Source: a virus (Duplodnaviria; Caudoviricetes). From it: a stretch of 42,615 nucleotides of DNA. The stretch is taken from the IMG/VR virus record IMGVR_UViG_3300048848_000234, positions 1 to 42,615 of that record; one strand, 5' to 3'. The position numbers were made by a program, and so were the translations under genes. Positions 36,249 to 42,615 of the stretch are shown one piece after another (positions within the stretch are counted from its first letter, which is position 1; each line of letters begins with the position of its first letter). A model generated the notes under the pieces. That model was given only the letters and a program-made list of their open reading frames with translations, ran no database searches and was not told the DNA's origin.

Positions 36249-36974
36249 ATGTCAGACCCCCTATCGCTATACGATCGCCTCATGGCGGTTAAGCCTGCCG
36301 GCATGTCCAACACGAGTTGGATGATGAAGGCCGGGCTCAGCCGGATGGCGCTCACCGACATCAAGCGCCGCGGCAGCGCCAATCACGATACGATCGAGAA
36401 GCTACTCGCCGCGATCGGTGCCACCTTTGCCGAGTTCGAAGCGGGTGAGCGGAAGACGGAACGGGAGCCGGCGCCGGCGCAGGAGCGCGGCGCCTACCTC
36501 GCATTCCGCGGGCCCGATCGGCCACGAGACGTGCCAATCGTCGGCACGGCGCTTTGCGCAGATTTGAAGTTCGAAGATGATGGAAGCACGGTCGATATCG
36601 AGGCTATGGAAATGCATTTCGACGACGTGATCGATCACGCTCGCCGGCCGCTTACCTTGGATAATCGCCGAGATGTGTACGCCTTGTATTTCCGCGGCGT
36701 GTCAATGGCGCCGCGATACGAACCCGGCGAGCTGGGATATGTCGATCCTCGCCGTCCGCCGGTGTCGGGAGACTATGTCGTCGCGCAGCTGCGGGCACCA
36801 GATGGCGTCGATGGTGAGCGGATCACGACCGTTATTGCTAAGCGCCTAGTACGACAGACGGCTCATTACTACGAGTTCGAGCAGTTCAATCCGGCACTGC
36901 TGTTCAAGGTCGAGCGCATCCGCGTCGCCCATCTTCATCGGATCATCCCGTGGGACGAGCTAGTGACATTCTGA
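36249..36974 (+). CDS. CI-like repressor with S24 autopeptidase domain
   Basis: N-terminal HTH (AGLSRMALTDIKRRGS), VPIVGTA, GVSMAPRY catalytic Ser, AKRL Lys. Start 36249 or 36225. Confidence 0.88.
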   Translation: MSDPLSLYDRLMAVKPAGMSNTSWMMKAGLSRMALTDIKRRGSANHDTIEKLLAAIGATFAEFEAGERKTEREPAPAQERGAYLAFRGPDRPRDVPIVGTALCADLKFEDDGSTVDIEAMEMHFDDVIDHARRPLTLDNRRDVYALYFRGVSMAPRYEPGELGYVDPRRPPVSGDYVVAQLRAPDGVDGERITTVIAKRLVRQTAHYYEFEQFNPALLFKVERIRVAHLHRIIPWDELVTF

Positions 36975-37029
36975 TCGCGTGCGCGGAGTGCCCGCGCTAG
37001 ACTGGAGGTTGCAGTCGGAGAGGGCGAAG

Positions 37030-37449
37030 ATGCAGGCGAAGAGTTCGGTCGGCGCGATCACGATCGACGGCGATCTTGTCAGCATAAGCCGGACGGCCAT
37101 CCCCGGTTTGGCGCAGGCCACTAGGACGGTCGCCATTGTCGACTTGGTCGGAGTGGATCTACGGCAGGCGACCGCCCTGGAGCCTGGCTACATCCGGCTC
37201 ATCTATCCCGGCGCGAGCGCTGGTGTCGCAGGCAAGCTGCGCCTCTATGATCCAGATACGATCATGTTCAACGTCGAGCATCAGGAAGGCATGCTCAACG
37301 TACACGACGTGTTGATGACCAGGATCAGCGGAAACCCGTTCGTTACGCCGCGCAGGTCACCGCCCGAGCGGTCGACCGCCGCAACACTCGCGTCATTGAT
37401 TGGCGCGACCATCGGCTTGGGGCTTCTGGCGTGGTGGGTACTGGGCTGA
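37030..37449 (+). CDS. Membrane-anchored protein downstream of cI (DUF4429/PH-like)
   Basis: GAITIDGDLVSISR...VDLRQAT..PGYIRL beta-rich domain plus C-terminal TM. Confidence 0.6.
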   Translation: MQAKSSVGAITIDGDLVSISRTAIPGLAQATRTVAIVDLVGVDLRQATALEPGYIRLIYPGASAGVAGKLRLYDPDTIMFNVEHQEGMLNVHDVLMTRISGNPFVTPRRSPPERSTAATLASLIGATIGLGLLAWWVLG

Positions 37450-37452
37450 TTT

Positions 37453-37505
37453 GTAAGCGGACGCTTATAGATAGTTGACTGTAAGCGATCGCTTACGGTA
37501 AGCGA
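37453..37505 (+). promoter_or_regulatory. OL-like operators and PL-like promoter
   Basis: GTAAGCGGACGCTTAT 37453-37468, TTGACT 37475-37480, perfect palindrome GTAAGCGATCGCTTAC 37481-37496, half site GTAAGCGA 37498-37505. Confidence 0.75.
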
Positions 37506-37541
37506 GCTTCATCAGGGCACCCCGCCCGATGGGAGCACGCC

Positions 37542-37949
37542 GTGCAGATATCCTCCATCCCGACGGACGCGATTGCGTTCGCCCGTCACCGCGCCGACAT
37601 GCAGGGCGCGGACCTCGACCTCTCCGCTTATCCCGCCGTCCATTCGATCGGCGCCACGCCGCGCACGATCCGCGCCCACACCGGTGCCCGCGAGTTCGGC
37701 AGCTTCGGCGTGGCACTGGCCAGGCGTGATCCCACCGCCCGCCGCCTCGGCGACGTCGTCCGCCGCGCGCGTGCTCGTGATGCCGTCACGCAGACTGCGC
37801 GCACCACGCCCCGGCTGATCGCCCTGCGTAGCGCTGCCGAGGAGCAGCAGACCCGGTTCACTGATCGGCTGACCACGATCGTCCTCGTCGCGCTCACGCT
37901 GTGGTTTGGGTTGCCGACCGCACTCGCGATGATCGCGGGGTCGCTGTGA
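37542..37949 (+). CDS. Hypothetical protein with C-terminal TM
   Basis: GGGAG RBS and GTG start; first gene after the PL-like promoter. Confidence 0.55.
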   Translation: MQISSIPTDAIAFARHRADMQGADLDLSAYPAVHSIGATPRTIRAHTGAREFGSFGVALARRDPTARRLGDVVRRARARDAVTQTARTTPRLIALRSAAEEQQTRFTDRLTTIVLVALTLWFGLPTALAMIAGSL

Positions 37950-38022
37950 TGATCGTCATGCACCCCGGGATCGATGGACCTGTCTTTCTACTCGAAAGCA
38001 CGAACTCGCAGGAGGTTCAGTG

Positions 38023-39861
38023 ATGGCCACCGCAGTGAAGGACATTGCAGCACCAGCGCCGAAGGCTGGCGCCGCCAAGGCACCAGCTGCCGCTACCAAA
38101 GCGCTCGCGCCGACAACAATCACCACGATCCCATACGGCCGGCTGGTCCGCGCGCCGCAGAACGTCCGCAAGACGGACGTCGCAGCTGACGTGGAGAGCC
38201 TCGCAGACGACATCGCCGCCCACGGCCTGCTCCAGTCGCTGATCGGCTTCGCAGGCAGCACGACGATCGACGCCAAGGCGGTATACATCGTCGGGGGAGG
38301 GCGCCGGCTTCAGGCGTTGAAGCTGCTGCGCGAGCGCGGCACGATCAAGGACAACTGGCCGGTGCCGGTCCTCATCCGCCCGGAGGAGGAGGCCGTCGAG
38401 CTGTCGCTGTCAGAGAACCTCGCCCGGCGGGACATGAACCCGGCTGACGAATTCATTGCATTCGCAGCGCTGATGGCGCCCGGCAACCGCTCGCCCGCCG
38501 ATCTGGCCAAGCAGTTCGGTTTCACCGAGCGCTACGTCAAGCAGCGGCTCCGGCTTGCAGGGCTGGCGGACGAGATCCTCGACGCATTGCGCGAGGACAA
38601 GATCAGCCTGGAGATCGCGACCGAATATGCTCGCACCGCCGATCAGGCGCTGCAATCGAAGGTCTTCAAGCGGGAGTGCCGCCCGAACAATTACCAGCGA
38701 CACAGCCTCTGGAACATCCGCGCGGCTTATGGCGCCGAACAGCTGACCGAGGCGAGCATTATCTTCCAGTTCATCGATCGCGACACCTACGAGCGCGAGG
38801 GCGGCGGCTATGAGGAGGATCTGTTCACGGCCGTCGGCGAGGATGCACCTCGCAAGCTCGCGCATGGGCAGATCGCGCGCGACATCGCCAGCCGATGCAT
38901 CGAGTTCCAAGCCATGCGCGTCCAAACGCAAGCGCAACGTGAGTTCGCGAGCGTCATGGGCGCCGTGATCCCGGCCGATCTGACGGAGGACGGCAAGGTC
39001 GATGCGCCCACCGGGCATGCGCTGATCAGTGGCGGCTGGAACGCGGACCTAGAGCAGCAAGTCAGTATAGCTGAATGCTGGAAGCGCGCACTCGACCAAG
39101 CCGTCCCGATCCAGATCGTCGTCGGCATCGGTCGTGAGGAACCGATCGGCGAGGACGACGACGGAAGTCCGCTCGGCTTTACCGCCGTATGGGACCGCTC
39201 GCGCTTTTTCGTGCCGCGCGACAACAGAAAGGCCGTTCTGCCACCGAAGCAGGTGACATCCTACGGCGGACAGCAGCTGACGCCGGAACAGGAGGAGGAG
39301 CGGGAAGTGACGCGGCTCGGGCGGGTCTGGGCGGCTCGGCTAGCGGTCCCGAAGTTCAGCGATCTTCCAGGTATGGACGGTCGCGCCTTCTACGCCAGCA
39401 ACTGGCTGGGCGAAAAGACCAAGCCGGGCGACCCCCTATCCGGTCCGCGCACACCGTGCTTCGAGATCCAGATGTTCGTCAGCGAGGAGGAGATCGCCGC
39501 GAACCTCTCCGCCGGTATCGCGCAAGCTCGCGAGGAGATCGCTGATCGGAAGCGCCGGAAGGAAGAACGCGAGGCCGCCGCCAGCGCGGCCAAGGATGCC
39601 GTTGAAGCGAAGTGGCAGGAGCTCTGCGCGGCCGATCCCGCCCCCGAGGTACTCCTCACGGTCGACGGCGACCTGTGGATCAAGGGCGCGCAGGGATGGG
39701 GCATGGACGGCGAGGAGGACGGTGACAACATCGCCGAGGACTTCAGCGAGCTTCTTGAGGTTCTCGATCCCGGCTACGTCGCCGGCTGGTGGTCAACGCG
39801 CGCCGAGTATGACGCCAGCCGAGATAACGTCGCGCAGGACGGGGCGACGGGCGGCATATGA
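38023..39861 (+). CDS. ParB/RepB/Spo0J family protein
   Basis: AGGAGG RBS; NVRK, LADDIAAHGLLQSL, GGGRRLQAL, SLSENLAR, HTH LAKQFGFTERYVKQRLRLA. Confidence 0.85.
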   Translation: MATAVKDIAAPAPKAGAAKAPAAATKALAPTTITTIPYGRLVRAPQNVRKTDVAADVESLADDIAAHGLLQSLIGFAGSTTIDAKAVYIVGGGRRLQALKLLRERGTIKDNWPVPVLIRPEEEAVELSLSENLARRDMNPADEFIAFAALMAPGNRSPADLAKQFGFTERYVKQRLRLAGLADEILDALREDKISLEIATEYARTADQALQSKVFKRECRPNNYQRHSLWNIRAAYGAEQLTEASIIFQFIDRDTYEREGGGYEEDLFTAVGEDAPRKLAHGQIARDIASRCIEFQAMRVQTQAQREFASVMGAVIPADLTEDGKVDAPTGHALISGGWNADLEQQVSIAECWKRALDQAVPIQIVVGIGREEPIGEDDDGSPLGFTAVWDRSRFFVPRDNRKAVLPPKQVTSYGGQQLTPEQEEEREVTRLGRVWAARLAVPKFSDLPGMDGRAFYASNWLGEKTKPGDPLSGPRTPCFEIQMFVSEEEIAANLSAGIAQAREEIADRKRRKEEREAAASAAKDAVEAKWQELCAADPAPEVLLTVDGDLWIKGAQGWGMDGEEDGDNIAEDFSELLEVLDPGYVAGWWSTRAEYDASRDNVAQDGATGGI

Positions 39862-40418
39862 CACCACCCGTTGCCTCACGAGAGTTCGCCGGCATTGCCG
39901 TGATCGCCGAGCAACTGCGCGACGCTCGTGCTGCCGGCGATCAGCGTCTGGTCGCCGACGAGAAGATGTCGGCCGCCAGTGCCGCCGATCGCCTGCGGAT
40001 CGCGACGGCACTGGCGGCCGACTGGCGACGCGTCGCCGGGTGCGCGCCCCGCCCGGAACGCACGGCTACCGACGCGGAGATCCTCGCCATGCTGAAGCAG
40101 GCACTGCCGGCAGCGATCGCGCGCCGGGATCGCGCATACAAGGCGATGACGACCAACGCGCCGGCGTACCGACACTACGAGATCACCGAGCTATGGGCGG
40201 TGTCAGATCGCTATCGGTTCTTCAGCGAGGGGGTGCAGGACGACATCGTCGAATACGTCCGACCCTACCTCAACGCCGACACGACCGCGACGGCATTGGC
40301 CGCCATGCTGTGGTGGCAGCAGCAGATTGGCGCCGACTCGATCCACTTCCTGACCGACGCGACGATCGAGCTGCGCACACGGGCCGCCGGGTCGCAGCTC
40401 GATCGCGAGGCCGCGTAA
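39858..40418 (+). CDS. Hypothetical protein
   Basis: ATGA-coupled to the ParB-like gene; 186 aa. Confidence 0.65.
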   Translation: MTPPVASREFAGIAVIAEQLRDARAAGDQRLVADEKMSAASAADRLRIATALAADWRRVAGCAPRPERTATDAEILAMLKQALPAAIARRDRAYKAMTTNAPAYRHYEITELWAVSDRYRFFSEGVQDDIVEYVRPYLNADTTATALAAMLWWQQQIGADSIHFLTDATIELRTRAAGSQLDREAA

Positions 40419-40804
40419 TGGGCGCGGAGCCGATCTTCGCCGAGATGCTGGGGCGCATTCGCCGCGCGGCGCGAAACGGCACACGCCTCCATCTTGACCC
40501 CGAACACGTCGCGGCCTTGCTGCACGACGACATCTATGCAGTTCTAAGCGCCCGCGAGGCTCAGGAGATCAGATCGCAATGCCGTCCGGAACGTCAGGAC
40601 CCGCCGGAGGAGGCAAGCGACGCAGCGCCGGCAAGTCCGCCAGTGCTCCCGCCCGCTTTGAACTTGGCCCCTTCTGGCTCTGGCACCGGCGCGATCGGGA
40701 CGATTGGAACATCTGCTGGCTCGATGGACGTGTCACGCGCCGCACATCGACGGGTATCGGAGGTGGCGGCGGGGCTCCGCCAGAAGAGGCGAGGGAGCGC
40801 CTAG
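40418..40804 (+). CDS. Hypothetical protein at the excisionase position, overlapping int
   Basis: TAATG coupling; MGAEPIFAEMLGRIRRAARNGTRLHLDPEH. Confidence 0.5.
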   Translation: MGAEPIFAEMLGRIRRAARNGTRLHLDPEHVAALLHDDIYAVLSAREAQEIRSQCRPERQDPPEEASDAAPASPPVLPPALNLAPSGSGTGAIGTIGTSAGSMDVSRAAHRRVSEVAAGLRQKRRGSA

Positions 40805-41994
40805 CCGACCATTGGACGGCGTGGCGCGCTGCCGCGAAGACGATCCAGCCGGTCGGGCCGATGGCGCCCGGCGACGTCCTCCTTGCCGAGCTCACCGCCA
40901 TGTGGCTGGAGCAGCACGTCGCCGGACTGGAGGACCCAAACCGCTACATCGATTCGGTCGAGGTGCTGGAGACGTTCTGGGAGCACATGCGCAGCCGCCG
41001 GCTGCTGCCCGAACCGCTCACCGTCCTGTCCATCACCAACGGCCTGGTCGACGCCTTCATCGCGTGGCGATCGGAGCAGGGCGCCTCGGCGCCGACGATC
41101 TCGCGGGACATCGCGGCGCTGCGCGGACCGATCAGCTGGGGCATGCGCAACAACCATCTTTCGGCCGCGCCACGGATCAAGGACGTGAAGGGCCGGAAGA
41201 AGCGCAAGGATCTGGAATGGAGCCCGGAGCAGGTCGCCGCCATCCTCGACGCGGCGATCGCCGAGCCGACCCGCGCGCACGTCCATCTGTTCTCGATGAT
41301 CAACCTGTCGACGCACGGTCGGACAGAGGCCATTCTGGAGCTCGATGCCGACACGCAGATCCGGCAGGGACTGATCTACTTTCTCCGCCCGGGTGAGGAG
41401 CAGACCCGCAAGCGCCGCGCGATCGTGCCGATCTGTCCGACCCTCGCGCCTTGGCTGGAAGGGATCAGGGGGAAGGTCATCGTCTACCGCGCTCCGACGT
41501 CGGAGAAGACGCGAGCGGCAGGCGGACCGGATTTCTTCGAACGACCGACGGCGAACATCGGCAACGGCTTCGAAGGCGTGCTGCTCGCCGCGCACGAGCT
41601 GCGTCCGGATCTCGGCCTGGCGCGCCAAGCCGTCGACGCGGACGGCAAGCCGGTGTGGCTGGAGCCGCGCCGGAAGCTGGGCGAGACGAAGCCGCGACCA
41701 AAGATGGTGGGGATCGGATCGCCGAACACGCTGCGCCATACGATTCACACGTGGCACAAGCGGCAGGGCGTGCCGGAGGCCCAGATCGATGCGGCTGCGG
41801 GACACAGCGAGCAGGGCACCGGCGCAAGCTATACCCACCTGCGTCCCGAGTACCTGAAGGAGTTCATCGCGTCGACCGAGGCCTTCTGGGCGGCGGTCGG
41901 GGAGTTCACCGAAAGTCACCTACGATACGGACGTGGTTCAAACGTTGTTGCTCTCGTGAATGGTCGCCCTAGGCGTCAATCCTCGGGCGGATGA
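40579..41994 (+). CDS. int: Tyrosine recombinase / integrase
   Basis: APTISRDIAALR, THGRTEAILEL (Arg), TRKRR, PNTLRHT, AGHS, YTHLRPEYL (Tyr). Confidence 0.9.
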   Translation: MPSGTSGPAGGGKRRSAGKSASAPARFELGPFWLWHRRDRDDWNICWLDGRVTRRTSTGIGGGGGAPPEEARERLADHWTAWRAAAKTIQPVGPMAPGDVLLAELTAMWLEQHVAGLEDPNRYIDSVEVLETFWEHMRSRRLLPEPLTVLSITNGLVDAFIAWRSEQGASAPTISRDIAALRGPISWGMRNNHLSAAPRIKDVKGRKKRKDLEWSPEQVAAILDAAIAEPTRAHVHLFSMINLSTHGRTEAILELDADTQIRQGLIYFLRPGEEQTRKRRAIVPICPTLAPWLEGIRGKVIVYRAPTSEKTRAAGGPDFFERPTANIGNGFEGVLLAAHELRPDLGLARQAVDADGKPVWLEPRRKLGETKPRPKMVGIGSPNTLRHTIHTWHKRQGVPEAQIDAAAGHSEQGTGASYTHLRPEYLKEFIASTEAFWAAVGEFTESHLRYGRGSNVVALVNGRPRRQSSGG

Positions 41995-42299
41995 CCATCG
42001 GCAGGCCGTTGACCAAGGTCAGCGGTTTGATCGGCCTCGGTATCTTCTGGTGGCGGAGGCGTCTCCAAAAACTCCTTCAACGCCGCAGCCTCCTGTGCGT
42101 TGGTCACTTTGAAAGCGGTCGCACCCGCTTGGTGTGCGTCGCCTAAGTCGTCGAACCAAATGCGTGGAGCGTGCTTATCAACACACATCCGACCCGACGG
42201 TCCGTGCAGCCATAAAAGGCTGTCGTCCTCAGCGATGACATCAATCCCGAATAGAGGAAGATGCACTAGCTTATCGGGTGGGATGCGTGCCCAAACCAT
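41976..42299 (-). CDS. Hypothetical protein, second gene of a lower-GC pair
   Basis: ATG 1 nt after the upstream stop; 107 aa; convergent with int. Confidence 0.6.
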   Translation of the reverse strand: MVWARIPPDKLVHLPLFGIDVIAEDDSLLWLHGPSGRMCVDKHAPRIWFDDLGDAHQAGATAFKVTNAQEAAALKEFLETPPPPEDTEADQTADLGQRPADGHPPED

Positions 42300-42300
42300 A

Positions 42301-42615
42301 TTAAGCGGCCAAAGCGAAGATTGGCTTTAGCTGGCCGATTGGAGTGCCGCGTTCTACGGCAACCGATCCACCATCCTCTGCCGGCTTGACAGTGGGCTCT
42401 TCCAGATCATGGAGGCCGAAGAAAAGCCGACCATACGAGACGATGGTTTTAGAGACGAGCTTAGCTGCCTCCTCTTGGGTATCGGCGTCGTAGCAAAAGA
42501 ACGGCTCAGACGTGGTGCAGACGGTGTACACACCGTCCTTGTTGACCGAAAGCTCGATATCGAGGTCGGCGACATGACGAATGAACGCGTCATAATCACG
42601 GATATCGTGGGTCAT
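42301..42615 (-). CDS. HicB-like fold protein (putative); start at the window edge
   Basis: DGVYTVCTTSEPFFCYDADTQEEAAKLVSKTIVSY resembles the HicB pattern Y.V..P.LPGC...G.T.EEA.....AI..Y. Confidence 0.5.
   Translation of the reverse strand: MTHDIRDYDAFIRHVADLDIELSVNKDGVYTVCTTSEPFFCYDADTQEEAAKLVSKTIVSYGRLFFGLHDLEEPTVKPAEDGGSVAVERGTPIGQLKPIFALAA

Larger units (their letters stand above)
814..42615. mobile_element. Lambda/HK97-like siphovirus prophage integrated at tRNA-Ala(CGC); right end outside the window
   Basis: Ordered integrase, immunity, replication, packaging, head, tail and lysis modules bounded on the left by a tRNA 3' fragment. Confidence 0.95.

Noticed and set aside
1-42615. CRISPR array, rRNA or IS element
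   Set aside because: No regularly spaced repeats, rRNA-like tract or transposase ORF seen; the ATCACCTCCTTT match at 2629-2640 is only 12 nt.

Overview
GC-rich alphaproteobacterial DNA (Sphingomonas-like by protein style; inference) made up almost entirely of one lambda/HK97-like siphovirus prophage. Host NUDIX hydrolase gene at the left edge, then a 48-bp duplicated 3' end of tRNA-Ala(CGC) at 814-861 marking the left att junction; the right junction and intact tRNA are not in the window. On the minus strand, right to left: cro and cII-like genes, a replication and host-takeover block (beta clamp, TraR/DksA-like fusion, extended GapR, SSB, primase-polymerase/SF3 helicase with an iteron-like repeat cluster), late regulator, HNH/cos/terminase, HK97 head, tail with a lambda-type GGGAAAG -1 frameshift, tail spike, lysis cassette and a sialate-O-acetylesterase-like gene. 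On the plus strand: cI, a membrane protein, a ParB-like protein and a tyrosine integrase. The most striking observation is a plus-strand accessory gene beside att (1147-2445) encoding a twin-arginine lipoprotein whose body is a full-length paralogue of the SGNH-esterase tip domain of this phage's own tail spike, a candidate receptor-destroying or receptor-masking superinfection exclusion system. All family calls come from motif recognition by eye, with no database searches.
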